DNA from: Shigella phage KNP5
DNA: 64,000 nucleotides
Direction: 5' to 3' (one strand)
Sequence record: KX452698
Positions within the stretch are counted from its first letter, which is position 1; each line of letters starts with the position of its first letter. Shown here one piece after another: positions 1-9,985 of the stretch. The notes under the pieces were generated by a model. The model saw only the letters and a list, made by a program, of their open reading frames with translations. It was not told the origin of the DNA and ran no database searches. Made by a program: the position numbers and the translations under genes.

Positions 1-774
1 TGCATATTTTGGTGCTAAAGCTCTGAGCTGTTTAACATCTTTATTTTTGAGAGACTCAAGAACATCATCAATAGCACCACGATCGTTAGTAACCAGTGAT
101 AAAATACCAGCATCCAAAACACCTTTAGATGAATAACTATCGAGCTCACCAATAGTTTTACGAAAATCAGGAAAATTCTTTTTAACCAAAGCTGCTACAA
201 CTTTCATATCAGCTATAGCAATTCCTTCATGCTTGCAGATTTCAGTCAATCGACGAATCATCTGCTTCATCATTTCAATTTTATCTTCATCGGTCGGTTG
301 ACCGAATGTAATAACTCGGCAGCGTGACTGAAGCGGTTTAATAATACCATCAATATTGTTAGCAGTAATAATAATACTACAGTTTGAACTATAAGCTTCC
401 ATAAAGGAACGAAGATGTCGCTGAGACTCTGCTAACCCTGAACGGTCAAATTCATCAATAACGATTACTTTTTGACGACCATCAAATGAAGCTGCACTAG
501 CAAAATTAGTCAAAGGACCACGAACGAAATCAATTTTACAATCTGATCCATTCACAAACATCATATCAGCATTTACATCATGACACAATGCTTTTGCTAC
601 AGTTGTTTTACCTGTTCCTGGAGAAGGAGAATGAAGAATAATATGTGGAATTTTACCTTTACTTGTAATAGATTTAAAGGTTTCTTTATCAAAGGCGGGA
701 AGAATACATTCATCGATAGTAGATGGACGATATTTCTGTTCAAGAATGTGTTCTTTTTCATTTACAGTAATCAT
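1..774 (-). CDS. 44: Clamp loader subunit gp44 (AAA+), first 258 codons; 3' end lies beyond window edge
   Basis: ATG at 772-774 with GAGG RBS; translation MITVNEKEHILEQKYRPS..., P-loop SPSPGTGKTT, Walker B VIVIDEFD; sits 3' of gene 45 as in T4. Confidence 0.9.
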   Translation of the reverse strand, partial: MITVNEKEHILEQKYRPSTIDECILPAFDKETFKSITSKGKIPHIILHSPSPGTGKTTVAKALCHDVNADMMFVNGSDCKIDFVRGPLTNFASAASFDGRQKVIVIDEFDRSGLAESQRHLRSFMEAYSSNCSIIITANNIDGIIKPLQSRCRVITFGQPTDEDKIEMMKQMIRRLTEICKHEGIAIADMKVVAALVKKNFPDFRKTIGELDSYSSKGVLDAGILSLVTNDRGAIDDVLESLKNKDVKQLRALAPKYA

Positions 775-805
775 AATTTCCTCATTCAAGTTTTAGTGTA
801 AATTT

Positions 806-821
806 AAGGGCCGAAGCCCTT
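806..821 (-). terminator. GC stem-loop (GGGC-UUCG-GCCC on transcript) directly 3' of gene 45 stop; likely RNA-stability or attenuating hairpin
   Basis: Inverted repeat aagggccgaagccctt; same motif recurs at 5993, 9634 and 37245. Confidence 0.35.
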
Positions 822-823
822 TA

Positions 824-1510
824 TTAAAAGTCGTGGGTAGAATCAGCTTCAAGAGCTACTACATAATTCGCGTGTTCACCTTCAAATTTAGCAGCACCCT
901 GTTTACCTTTTGCCCAGAGCAGAAGTTTATAATTTCCTGGTTGCATTTTCATATTTGCCATATTGATAATGAAATTAAATGTATTTTCACCATCATAATC
1001 ACCAAGAGTCAAAGAATATTTAACGCGAGTCAAAGCAGAATCTTCTACTTTATTAAAACCATTAATTACGATTTTACCTTCTTTTACTGTGATAGCAATT
1101 GTATCAATCTGCAGACCACGAGATACACGCAATAGCTGTTGAAGGTCTTCAGCTTTAATTTCGGTAACAACAGATGCTACCGGGAATGGAATTGGTTTAT
1201 TAGGAGCAACTACTGTACTCGGATCGGCTGCTGGCCAAAAAATCGTTGAACGGGCATCAGCAATTTTAATATTTCCATCTTCTGACTGGGAAATTTCTGC
1301 ATCGTCATTAACTAGAGACAGAATACCGAGAAAACCGTTCAAATCGTAAATTGCTACATCAAAATCAATGGTGTCGGAAATATTTGCTTCCGCATAAGTT
1401 GTACCATTAACTGCGCGAGTCATAATAAATTGACCGGATTTAAGCATAATACCAGAGTTAATAGTAGCGAAATTTTTAAGCAGAGCAGTAGTATCTTTAG
1501 ACAGTTTCAT
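824..1510 (-). CDS. 45: Sliding clamp gp45 (228 aa)
   Basis: ORF MKLSKDTTALLKNFATINSGIMLKSG...EADSTHDF, same length and near-identical to T4 gp45 as recalled. Confidence 0.95.
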   Translation of the reverse strand: MKLSKDTTALLKNFATINSGIMLKSGQFIMTRAVNGTTYAEANISDTIDFDVAIYDLNGFLGILSLVNDDAEISQSEDGNIKIADARSTIFWPAADPSTVVAPNKPIPFPVASVVTEIKAEDLQQLLRVSRGLQIDTIAITVKEGKIVINGFNKVEDSALTRVKYSLTLGDYDGENTFNFIINMANMKMQPGNYKLLLWAKGKQGAAKFEGEHANYVVALEADSTHDF

Positions 1511-1565
1511 GTAATTTCCTTCAATTCAAATGAGATTTAATTTTATAACTAATTTAATAAAGCAA
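1511..1565 (-). promoter_or_regulatory. Putative MotA-dependent middle promoter of gene 45
   Basis: MotA box TGCTTTA (plus-strand taaagca at 1558-1564) followed about 12 nt later by TAAAAT -10 on the minus strand. Confidence 0.4.
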
Positions 1566-1955
1566 TTAACGATTAAAATCAGCAGCAATTGTTTCTGCAA
1601 CAATTTGAGCAGCAACAATTAGACGTTCATCTGCATTACCGCAATAATCATCTTCAAGGCGTTCACCACATGAAGTCATAATAAATTTGGCACCAGCGTT
1701 TAGAGATTCTGCCGTATGTTTGCGCATTAGTTCAATCCATTTATCACTCACTTCACGATCGATAGCTTCATAATACGCATGACGAGCAGGTGCAGATTTA
1801 ATTTTGCTCTGAATAACTTCCATCGCGTTATCAGAAAGAGACAAAACCCATGCTCGACGAATTTTATTTTGGTTTTGCGGATTTGATTCAGAACGCACGT
1901 GTTTTGGCTGAATATCTTTTACATCAACAGTATAATTCACAGTAATTTTAGTCAT
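1566..1955 (-). CDS. rpbA: RNA polymerase-binding protein RpbA-like (129 aa)
   Basis: 129-aa ORF between genes 45 and 46, matching T4 rpbA in position and length. Confidence 0.65.
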   Translation of the reverse strand: MTKITVNYTVDVKDIQPKHVRSESNPQNQNKIRRAWVLSLSDNAMEVIQSKIKSAPARHAYYEAIDREVSDKWIELMRKHTAESLNAGAKFIMTSCGERLEDDYCGNADERLIVAAQIVAETIAADFNR

Positions 1956-1964
1956 AATACACCT

Positions 1965-2153
1965 TTAGTCATAATAATCAGTAACAGTCCAAGCTTCATT
2001 CCTGTTGGACATTATTTTCGTATATTCTGATTTAAATGCATTCTTAAGCATAGATTCAGTAACTATATGCTCTTCATTAGAAAAATTATTTCTCAGAATA
2101 TATCGTTTTATTTCAGGAATAGTTAATAGATGCTGTCCAGTTGAATATTCCAT
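1965..2153 (-). CDS. Hypothetical small protein (62 aa)
   Basis: Minus-strand ORF between rpbA and gene 46. Confidence 0.5.
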   Translation of the reverse strand: MEYSTGQHLLTIPEIKRYILRNNFSNEEHIVTESMLKNAFKSEYTKIMSNRNEAWTVTDYYD

Positions 2154-2208
2154 GTTTTTCCTCCATAGAGATTATACTCTAATAAATTAAAGCATAATCT
2201 CTTATAAA

Positions 2209-3891
2209 TTAAACCATTACAGTAAATCGACCAACTTTCTTCATTTGAAGATGCTGACCATATTCTTGCGGGTCATGGTCTTTATGCGAAATTATAAAAA
2301 CATTAGTATTTTTCATTGAATTTATAATATTAGCTACACCTTTAATACCTTCGGCATCAAATGACCCATCAAACACTTCATCGAGTATTAATGTACTAAT
2401 ACTAACACCAGATACAATAGAAGCAATATCACGCCAAGTAAATAAAAGAGCAATATCAATTCGTGCTTTTTCACCTTCACTAAATGAAGCATAACTAAAA
2501 TCTTCACGACCGCGGGATTTAATTGTCTCATTAAATTCTTCATCTAATGTAAACACATAATCCGCTTCCATTATTTTAAGATAATGGTTAATCTGCTTAT
2601 TAAATAATGGAATGTACTTTTTAATGATAGCACCTTTAATACCAGAATCTTTTAGCATATCAGTCAAAATTCCTCTATGGTATTTTTCCATTACTAAATT
2701 AGTTTTTGTCTTAACAATTTTATCAAGTTCTTCTTGAAGCAGTGCTATTTCATCAGCATGGTCAATAAACTCGGATGATGCTTTTTCTATAGCTGCTTTA
2801 ACTTTTTTAGCTTTATCTACCGTCGTGATTAGAGATTGCTTTTTATTGCGAATATCATTCGCCAACGTCTGCTGGGTTTTAATATTATCTCGGTATTCAT
2901 CAACGAGAACTTTTAAATTATCACGATGTGTTGAAAGCTGTTCAAACGAATGCGTGCATTCAGAAACTTTATCTTTAATTTTAGAAACAACTTTATCACC
3001 GGAACTTAATTGCGACAAACAGGTTGGACATAATCCACCTTCGTGATACATATTAATGACTTTATTATACGAGTCAATTTTTGATTTAATTAAAAATGCT
3101 TCTTGACCGATTTTATTAAATGCATCAGTCGGGTCTTCATCCAAAACAATATTAACTAGTCTTTCATTAGCTTCTTCTATTTCCGATTTTAGCGTTCTAG
3201 CTTCTTTTGCCAAATCATCATACATATTCTGTAGACGAGTAAGGTTGTCACCAGTTAATTTTTTCTGGCGTTCAACGTTATCATTATATATTTTAATTTG
3301 TTGGATAATACTATCTTTTTTAACATCAAGCACTTGGTTTTGTGAATTTAATTCACGTATTAGTGCTTTATTAAGCTTATCCATTTCAGCTAATGTTCCT
3401 ACCTCGAGCAGGTCTTCCACAAGCTTTCTTCGTGCAGGGGTCGACAAACCCATGAAAGGGGTATACCCTGCTGTACCAAGGACAACAATCTGCTTGAAAC
3501 TGGCATATGACATTCCGATAAGCTGTTCAAATTCTGCTTGGAAATCTTTACTGCTGGCAGATTCATTAAGACGTGTACCGTTAACGGTGATTTCGAAAAC
3601 ATTCGGTTTTTGTCCTCTTTTGATATAGTACTTTTTCTCATCATATTCCATCCACAGTTCAACTAAAAGTTCTTTCTTATTCGTGCTGTTTATTAATTGA
3701 CCTTTCTTTACATCACGGAATGGCTTGCCAAAAAGCCCAAACGTGATGGCTTCTAACATAGTAGACTTACCACCACCATTTCGGCCAGTAATAAGAGTTT
3801 TTTGAACCTTATCTAGTTGAATGTCAATAGGATTTCCACCTACTGACATTATATTTTGATACCTAACTCGGTTTAGTTTAAAATTCTTCAC
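2209..3891 (-). CDS. 46: Recombination endonuclease subunit gp46 (Rad50/SbcC-like ATPase, 560 aa)
   Basis: Walker A GRNGGGKST at N-terminus, long coiled-coil middle, C-terminal signature/Walker B region; length equals T4 gp46. Confidence 0.95.
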   Translation of the reverse strand: MKNFKLNRVRYQNIMSVGGNPIDIQLDKVQKTLITGRNGGGKSTMLEAITFGLFGKPFRDVKKGQLINSTNKKELLVELWMEYDEKKYYIKRGQKPNVFEITVNGTRLNESASSKDFQAEFEQLIGMSYASFKQIVVLGTAGYTPFMGLSTPARRKLVEDLLEVGTLAEMDKLNKALIRELNSQNQVLDVKKDSIIQQIKIYNDNVERQKKLTGDNLTRLQNMYDDLAKEARTLKSEIEEANERLVNIVLDEDPTDAFNKIGQEAFLIKSKIDSYNKVINMYHEGGLCPTCLSQLSSGDKVVSKIKDKVSECTHSFEQLSTHRDNLKVLVDEYRDNIKTQQTLANDIRNKKQSLITTVDKAKKVKAAIEKASSEFIDHADEIALLQEELDKIVKTKTNLVMEKYHRGILTDMLKDSGIKGAIIKKYIPLFNKQINHYLKIMEADYVFTLDEEFNETIKSRGREDFSYASFSEGEKARIDIALLFTWRDIASIVSGVSISTLILDEVFDGSFDAEGIKGVANIINSMKNTNVFIISHKDHDPQEYGQHLQMKKVGRFTVMV

Positions 3892-4151
3892 AAAAGGTTC
3901 CTTTTAATGTATCTTTTAGACCATTCTATCATATCATCATAATCTAAAAAGTATTCATCAAATTCAGCCATGCAAACAACACCTTGTGCTGCTTTTGATG
4001 TGATATAAATTATTCCAACATATCTAGAATCTTCTTCGGTGTAATCAATATTTGCTACGAATTCATCGTTAATGTCAAATGTCGAAAACTTCACAGTATG
4101 CATCCTTAATACAAGATACAGCCATATCTTGTAATGATTTAGGTGTGTCAT
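3888..4151 (-). CDS. Hypothetical protein (87 aa), start uncertain
   Basis: ORF between genes 47 and 46; overlaps next ORF by 77 nt in another frame. Confidence 0.4.
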   Translation of the reverse strand: MTHLNHYKIWLYLVLRMHTVKFSTFDINDEFVANIDYTEEDSRYVGIIYITSKAAQGVVCMAEFDEYFLDYDDMIEWSKRYIKRNLL

Positions 4152-4338
4152 TATCTAAAATGTTGAAGTTAAAAGATACAGCCCAGTCAGTGCAGACCGT
4201 AACCTTTTTAATACAATTATCTTCAACCTCTAGCGGTTCAAACCAATATTCAATAATTTCTTTATGCCCAATATCATCTTTTACTTCGCATTCAAAATGC
4301 TGACTCATCATAACATTTTTAAATTCATCAAAAGTCAT
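4075..4338 (-). CDS. Hypothetical protein (87 aa)
   Basis: ORF directly 3' of gene 47 with ATGA-type start/stop overlap. Confidence 0.45.
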   Translation of the reverse strand: MTFDEFKNVMMSQHFECEVKDDIGHKEIIEYWFEPLEVEDNCIKKVTVCTDWAVSFNFNILDNDTPKSLQDMAVSCIKDAYCEVFDI

Positions 4339-5354
4339 TGTGTTGCCTCTACATATAGCTGATTTGCATATTGAATAAGTGCTTCGCGGTCAGAATCAGT
4401 GATGTCTGGAATTGCATTAATGTATTCTTCCATCAACGTCTGAAGAGATTGAACTTCAACTTCTTCACTATCATCTGACTCGACAGAGTTATCAATCTTT
4501 GACACAACTCGTAATGAATGCACAACTTTTTCTAGTTCAGATTCAAACTTCGTTAGATTTTTGTCTACTTCAGTTACTATAACACGTACTGATAGATTTG
4601 TAAAATCTTTATAGTCAATTTTTCCCTTAAATGGATATTGAATTCGACGATGCCAGGTGGTGTTGTTTGGAATAAATTCCATTCGTTCTGTTTCTGTATC
4701 AAACATCCAGAACCCGCGAGGGTCATTCTCGTCACCTGCAGTTAGTGTCCATGGTGTCCCAATATATCTGACGTTAGCAGCCTCAGAGATAGTATGGAAG
4801 TGACCAGACCACACCTCTTTATAAGTCTTAAGGAAATCAGGTTCAAGACCGTGAGATTTCATTCCTTTATAAAAATAAAATCCATTCAGTTCCCAGTGAC
4901 CAACACAAAAAGAAGCAGATGAAGTTTTGATGTGTTCAAGAATTTCACCAGTATTTTCTTCACACATCCAAGGAATTAAATCAATCAAACATCCGTCAAA
5001 ATCTACTGTAGTAGGCTTATCATATACTTTAACATTAGGATATTTAGCCAAAAGCTCAGTAGAAGCATTTGGATGCATTACATTTTTGTAGTGGAGATCA
5101 TGATTTCCTACAACAGTATGTAGGGTAATACCAGCATCATCAAGCATTTGAACTATTTCACGGGCAAACTCCATAGTTTTATGCGTGATTGCTTTTCGCA
5201 CATCAAAAATATCACCATATTGAATCCATACAGTAATTCCATTTTTCTTAGAATATTCTATCGCTTGCTTAATTCCATCAATTTGAATACCGCGAATCCA
5301 CTCATCATCAGCTTTAACGCCTAAATGCCAATCACCCAAGTTTAGTATTTTCAT
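4335..5354 (-). CDS. 47: Recombination exonuclease subunit gp47 (Mre11/SbcD-like phosphoesterase, 339 aa)
   Basis: N-terminal LNLGDWHLG metallophosphatase motif, GNHD motif; length equals T4 gp47. Confidence 0.95.
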   Translation of the reverse strand: MKILNLGDWHLGVKADDEWIRGIQIDGIKQAIEYSKKNGITVWIQYGDIFDVRKAITHKTMEFAREIVQMLDDAGITLHTVVGNHDLHYKNVMHPNASTELLAKYPNVKVYDKPTTVDFDGCLIDLIPWMCEENTGEILEHIKTSSASFCVGHWELNGFYFYKGMKSHGLEPDFLKTYKEVWSGHFHTISEAANVRYIGTPWTLTAGDENDPRGFWMFDTETERMEFIPNNTTWHRRIQYPFKGKIDYKDFTNLSVRVIVTEVDKNLTKFESELEKVVHSLRVVSKIDNSVESDDSEEVEVQSLQTLMEEYINAIPDITDSDREALIQYANQLYVEATQ

Positions 5355-5831
5355 GGTGTCTTTTCCATCCTAATTTAGCTGCTTTTGAAACCAGTTCTTT
5401 AATTTTTCCTTTTGTCCATTCAGGACCAGGAGGTTCATGACATAACATTTGCTTAACTCCGTTATTATACCATTTTTTACCTTTATTATGTGATGAAGCT
5501 TTAAATTTATTTGACCTTCCTTTTACATAACCTTTTGGAATATAAGGCAAAAAGGNNNNNNNNNNNNNNNNNNNNNNNNNNNNNNNNNNNNNNNNNNNNN
5601 NNNNNNNNNNNNNNNNNNNNNNNNNNNNNNNNNNNNNNNNNNNNNNNNNNNNNNTGAATCAAATAAGTGAGGATTATCTGAAAGCTCTTTATTATAAATT
5701 TTCTTATACTTTTTAGATAAAACTGAACCATGATATCCAGCTAAATGCCTATCTAAAGACGTAGATCCAATATAAAAAGGAGGAAGTTTATCTCCACTAT
5801 ATATTGTTAAATAAGTTATATATTTTTTCAT
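5332..5831 (-). CDS. GIY-YIG-like ORF (possible seg-type free-standing homing endonuclease) broken by a 99-N gap
   Basis: N-terminal fragment KKYITYLTIYSGDKLPPFYIGSTSLDRHLAGYHG resembles the GIY...YIG...R...H nuclease motif; basic C-terminal fragment on other side of gap in a different frame. Confidence 0.35.
5556..5654. other. Run of 99 N (assembly gap or masked sequence)
   Basis: Direct observation; ORF calls crossing it are unreliable. Confidence 0.99.
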
Positions 5832-5992
5832 ATATCAAGAACCGTCATTGAAATGCAAAATAAAATTATTGAAATAAATCCATCTGGAGTGCTAAAGAAC
5901 CCAATCCAACATGCTCTAGTGAATAGATAAAACGCGAGAAAAAGTATCACATATCCAAGAAATATCATTATATCAAACTCCGTATAAAGCTA

Positions 5993-6008
5993 AAGGGCCG
6001 AAGCCCTT
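5993..6008 (-). terminator. GC stem-loop (GGGC-UUCG-GCCC) 3' of a-gt
   Basis: Inverted repeat gggccgaagccc followed on transcript by TTTAGCTTTAT. Confidence 0.45.
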
Positions 6009-7210
6009 TATTTTGTAATAATGTCAAACTGTTCTTTAAAGCAGAAGCTTGAATCTTGATGCTGATACAAAAATTCATAAGCTTTTTCGCGTTCACGGTC
6101 ATAAAGAGCTCGGTCAGATGACAGTTCTTTAATACGTTCAAATGTTGATTCCATGTCATTTTCATCAAACCAAACGATACCGCTATCATGTGAAATTAAC
6201 GGAGTATTATCAACACGGAATTTTAAATTTTCGCCAGTAGATTTCCAAAATACCGGAATTGTTCCGCACGCACCAAGCTCGAGATGAGTATATTCTAAAG
6301 AACGTTGTAGATATTTTTTGTCCAACTTACTCAACTGATAACCAAATCCGGATTTACTCATGCGTTCAAGCATTTCGCTATTTACATAACGGTCGAGAAT
6401 TTGCGTTGGCAAATTAGGAGCAATTTTAATTTGGTCTACTTGATGAAGACGATAATACTCGTATGGAATTCCTTTTTCTTTAATAGGAATGAACGCTGGA
6501 GAACGTTCCAGACCTTCCATAATAGTACTTAGTCCAGCAGGTTTAAGATGTTTTTCGTGAAAATCAAACATCTGATAAAAGCCTTTCCATGTAGTCGTAC
6601 GACCGATCCAACGGTTGACATTCATATTAATTTCAGAAACATCTTTCCAGTAGGTTGATCGAACCTTCGCAATATCCATAGGAGGCTGAAAGTTGTATAC
6701 GGTCGGTGCTTCTTCAATATCATCAAACAGAGAAACTATTTCTGGATACCATTCTTTCATCAAAACTTTATTAAAATCACCATTATCAGAATGGCTAAAA
6801 ATAACATCAGCACGACGAACAGTTTCTTCTAATCCCAAATTTCGACGTAAAGAAAGAGAAGAATGGTCATGTTGATAAACTACAACACGAACCGAAGGTT
6901 TAATGTTATCAATAATTTTTTTATAGTTATTAATAGTGTCTTCTTCTACTGAAGTAGCAGGAACTGAATTGATAATTAGAATATCACAATCATTTACCAG
7001 CTTAAGTGTTTTATCGTATTCTTTTGCCAATAAAACCGGAATTGAAAATGATTTATAATCATGCGCACAATTACGGGTAAATGATTTATCTTTAGCATAA
7101 ACCAAAGTTACTTCATGACCATTTTTAATAAACCAATCACGCTGCTCGAGAGAAAATTTAGTTACGCCGCAACCTTCAAGACCTCGAGCCATAAAAATAC
7201 ATACTTTCAT
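6008..7210 (-). CDS. a-gt: DNA alpha-glucosyltransferase (400 aa)
   Basis: ORF MKVCIFMARGLEGCGVTKFSLEQRDWFIKNGHEV...QFDIITK, same length and colinear with T4 a-gt as recalled. Confidence 0.95.
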   Translation of the reverse strand: MKVCIFMARGLEGCGVTKFSLEQRDWFIKNGHEVTLVYAKDKSFTRNCAHDYKSFSIPVLLAKEYDKTLKLVNDCDILIINSVPATSVEEDTINNYKKIIDNIKPSVRVVVYQHDHSSLSLRRNLGLEETVRRADVIFSHSDNGDFNKVLMKEWYPEIVSLFDDIEEAPTVYNFQPPMDIAKVRSTYWKDVSEINMNVNRWIGRTTTWKGFYQMFDFHEKHLKPAGLSTIMEGLERSPAFIPIKEKGIPYEYYRLHQVDQIKIAPNLPTQILDRYVNSEMLERMSKSGFGYQLSKLDKKYLQRSLEYTHLELGACGTIPVFWKSTGENLKFRVDNTPLISHDSGIVWFDENDMESTFERIKELSSDRALYDREREKAYEFLYQHQDSSFCFKEQFDIITK

Positions 7211-7258
7211 TTAATATCCTCATTGTTTTGGTTTATTTTACCAAAAATTTATAAAGCA
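7211..7258 (-). promoter_or_regulatory. Putative MotA-dependent middle promoter of a-gt
   Basis: TGCTTTA (plus-strand taaagca 7249-7255) followed by A/T-rich -10-like TAAAAT. Confidence 0.3.
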
Positions 7259-7453
7259 ATATAGGAGCCGAAGCTCCTATCCGCATAATACACCGTACAG
7301 AGGCTCATTAGAGCTTCTAAATTTTATACGCTTATATGTTATAGTTCCTTCTGCTTTAGCTTTATCATGAGACTCTTTAAAGCGTCTCATCATTTCTACT
7401 TTAGAGGAACGAATTTTATTATAATCTATTTCAGAAGTCTGGGTGTTCATCTT

Positions 7454-7660
7454 TCACAGTTGCCACCATTTTTTGACTTGATAGGAATCAACCCACACTT
7501 TCATATTAGGGTCTGCTCTTACAATAGGAGGATTAACTTCTTTAATTGAACTATCATGGTATTCTTTTTCAGAAATTTTCACACAAAGATGACCGTTCAA
7601 AGATTCAGTAAATCCTGCATTAATTTTAAGACGCTTGAATTTTACGTGTGTAAGCATCAA
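7454..7660 (-). CDS. Hypothetical protein (68 aa)
   Basis: Minus-strand ORF between gene 55 and a-gt. Confidence 0.45.
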   Translation of the reverse strand: MMLTHVKFKRLKINAGFTESLNGHLCVKISEKEYHDSSIKEVNPPIVRADPNMKVWVDSYQVKKWWQL

Positions 7661-7943
7661 TCATATCCTCAATCTGCGATCTAGTAGTCTTCCAAAGAAT
7701 ACTAATGAGTTCATCGTTATATGGCTGTTTTAGAATATCCCGACTTTTCTTGATAGCATATTCGTATTGAGCAAAATTATTGTTTTCAGCTGCAATCTGA
7801 GCGTGCTTATAAAGACGGTTCAGTTCGCGTTTGTTTTTAGACAATAACTTATTTGCTTTTCTTTCTGCTTCAAGACGGTTCTTTTCTTCAATAGAAGAAA
7901 TAAGCTTTTCCACTTCATCATTAATTTCGGGTTTATCAGTCAT
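7626..7943 (-). CDS. Hypothetical coiled-coil protein (105 aa)
   Basis: Minus-strand ORF, charged helical sequence. Confidence 0.5.
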   Translation of the reverse strand: MTDKPEINDEVEKLISSIEEKNRLEAERKANKLLSKNKRELNRLYKHAQIAAENNNFAQYEYAIKKSRDILKQPYNDELISILWKTTRSQIEDMIDAYTRKIQAS

Positions 7944-7944
7944 A

Positions 7945-8163
7945 TTATTTCTCTAATATAAAATAAAAATCATCATCTGTTAAATGATACCGATAGTTTA
8001 ATTCTACACCATTAGATTTAAAAGCGGTATCATACGGATTTTCTGGATCAATATCAATGTCAAGAGCTAAAACTTCCCTGAGATACATTTTAAGTAAATA
8101 GGGAATAGCTTCAACTTCAGGTATTTCTTCCAAGAATCCGGAGAGGTTAATCGTTAGCCTCAT
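7945..8163 (-). CDS. Hypothetical protein (72 aa)
   Basis: Minus-strand ORF immediately 3' of gene 55. Confidence 0.5.
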
Positions 8164-8704
8164 ATAAAAAATCCAAACTAGGAGAATCGTCTACAACACT
8201 TTTCTTTTCAGCCCCCGGTGTTCTATAGGTTGATTCTTCGTAATGCGTCATTTTATCGTAGATGTCTTGAATAAAAGTTTCATCTACTAACGCAACCATA
8301 TCGTCGTCACGACTGTCATAGACATTGTGAACGAAGTAACTGTATTTCTTTGCAACTTCCTTACGTTCTTTTTTAATACGTTGGACGAATGCATTAAAAC
8401 AAGCTTGAGTTATATATGCATGTGGGTTTTTATATTTCGTTTCATCAAAATTATGAAGCCCCTTAATAGAAGCTTCTATACCATCTGCAATCATTTCTTG
8501 TTTCCAGGATTGGGTGTATCCTGAAAAGTTGAAACGTTTAGATAAGCCTTCTGCAATAAGCATAATGGCCAATCCGATAGTATCATTCTGACGAACTACT
8601 TTATTTGGGTCTTTATTATTTGCTAATTCTGTTTTCCAATCAATAATAGCTTGTAAAAGCTCTTTATTGTTTACGTAATTATATTTAGGCTTAGTTTCTG
8701 ACAT
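8147..8704 (-). CDS. 55: Late-transcription sigma factor gp55 (185 aa)
   Basis: ATG at 8702-8704 with GAGGTG RBS; [24 protein letters not shown]...; ORF track extends 2 codons upstream from a GTG. Confidence 0.9.
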
Positions 8705-8782
8705 TTTCACCTCTTAGCTCAATTCATAGATCTATTATATCATAATATTTGAAGATCTATCTTAAAGCATAGAGGGTATCAG

Positions 8783-9052
8783 TTATCTAAGTAAGCAGTA
8801 TGCTTGGAATACTTTCTCCATCATCTTTTTAAATTCATGAATATCTATGTAATGACTAGTTAAATCAGCCTGATATAAAAAGTCTAAAAACTTTTCATGC
8901 GTGCTAACATATTCGCTTTCATTTAATTCAGAAACATGACTTTCCCAATATCCAACACCAGTCTTATTTGGGAAAAATGAAATTTTCATGTATTGGTCAA
9001 CATAGAAAATTCCATAATTTTCAATAGTAATAGAAATATTAATAAATTTCAT
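8783..9052 (-). CDS. Hypothetical protein (89 aa)
   Basis: Minus-strand ORF; ATGA overlap with upstream ORF. Confidence 0.5.
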   Translation of the reverse strand: MKFINISITIENYGIFYVDQYMKISFFPNKTGVGYWESHVSELNESEYVSTHEKFLDFLYQADLTSHYIDIHEFKKMMEKVFQAYCLLR

Positions 9053-9270
9053 ACATTCATCAACTTAGCCGCTTCAAGAGCTGCATCTAGTGAATCAAAC
9101 TGGTCAACATATTCAATCAATTCGCCATAATTAGCGTATAACCACCATTGGCTAAATTCATACTCAAGGATGAATCCATTTCCTTCAATTTGAGTTAAAC
9201 CAATGCCATTTGTATTTACTTCATATCCGGCAAGACGCAAATCGTTAATAAGAGCTTCGTTCATATTCAT
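9049..9270 (-). CDS. Hypothetical protein (73 aa)
   Basis: Minus-strand ORF; overlapping start/stop with neighbours. Confidence 0.5.
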   Translation of the reverse strand: MNMNEALINDLRLAGYEVNTNGIGLTQIEGNGFILEYEFSQWWLYANYGELIEYVDQFDSLDAALEAAKLMNV

Positions 9271-9593
9271 ACCTTAGCAATTTTCAGGTCAGCAAATTTT
9301 TTCTTGCGTTGATTTTTCATACGACGAATAGTTTTATCGGAAATTTCATGCTTTTGATAAGCTTTAGATTCTACACCAAAAGCTTTAACATCAAATTCTG
9401 ACAAGATATATTGAACCAACAATTCACGGACAGTATTGCGTCCAATCTTCTGATCGTTCTGTTTCATCGTCTGATGAAGCTCTTTTTCCCATTTATCCAA
9501 AATTTGAGGAGTTACAATATCGCCTTTTTCTAGCAAAGAAACCACTTTATCATATGCGTAAGAATTGATGGCGTTTTTAATTTGAATAGTCAT
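9267..9593 (-). CDS. Hypothetical protein (108 aa)
   Basis: Minus-strand ORF. Confidence 0.5.
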   Translation of the reverse strand: MTIQIKNAINSYAYDKVVSLLEKGDIVTPQILDKWEKELHQTMKQNDQKIGRNTVRELLVQYILSEFDVKAFGVESKAYQKHEISDKTIRRMKNQRKKKFADLKIAKV

Positions 9594-9628
9594 ACATTAT
9601 CCTCAATTGCGTTAAAATTTTATTATCC

Positions 9629-9648
9629 AAAAAGGGCCGAAGCCCTTA
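9629..9648 (-). terminator. Intrinsic terminator (GGGC-UUCG-GCCC + U-run)
   Basis: gggccgaagccc followed on minus strand by TTTTT. Confidence 0.5.
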
Positions 9649-9846
9649 GCTAAACTGTTTGGCGCCCTTCCAGCCTTCGTACATCATTGCGGCTGATATT
9701 AATATTGCTCCTGAGCAACTTGAATATTTGTGATTCCAAAACCAATTTAGAAAAACTTCGTCATCAATACCCTGGGCTATCATATTTTCAAAGAACTGAC
9801 GACGAGCTTCAGCAATTCGTTGTGATAATTTAGATTCAGGATTCAT
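9646..9846 (-). CDS. Hypothetical protein (66 aa)
   Basis: Minus-strand ORF ending at the terminator. Confidence 0.45.
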   Translation of the reverse strand: MNPESKLSQRIAEARRQFFENMIAQGIDDEVFLNWFWNHKYSSCSGAILISAAMMYEGWKGAKQFS

Positions 9847-9978
9847 TTAAATTTTCCAGTTACCATTTTCATCAATAAATTTAATCCAGTCATTTACTGA
9901 CCACTTGGTCGTATCGCCTTTTGGAGCAACATTTAAAGTGTATAATCCTTGTTTAAAAAGCATGCGTTTGATATTCAT
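9847..9978 (-). CDS. Hypothetical small protein (43 aa from internal ATG; track ORF extends to 10062)
   Basis: ATG 9976-9978 preceded by strong GAGGAA RBS and coupled to stop of upstream ORF. Confidence 0.4.
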   Translation of the reverse strand: MNIKRMLFKQGLYTLNVAPKGDTTKWSVNDWIKFIDENGNWKI

Positions 9979-9985
9979 ATTTTCC

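Noticed and set aside
2825-3628. Plus-strand ORFs of 73 and 127 aa inside gene 46, and similar antisense ORFs in other minus-strand genes (6693-6875, 12873-13088, 23378-23719, 36589-36822)
   Set aside because: They lie antisense within long well-supported genes, lack RBS, and have low-complexity composition typical of frame artefacts.
3888-4338. Programmed frameshift joining the two overlapping 87-aa ORFs between genes 47 and 46
   Set aside because: No slippery heptamer seen at the overlap; more simply two small genes with the downstream one starting at an internal codon.
5507-5831. ORF-track proteins containing runs of X
   Set aside because: The X residues are translated N; lengths and frames across the gap are meaningless, so only the flanking fragments were kept.
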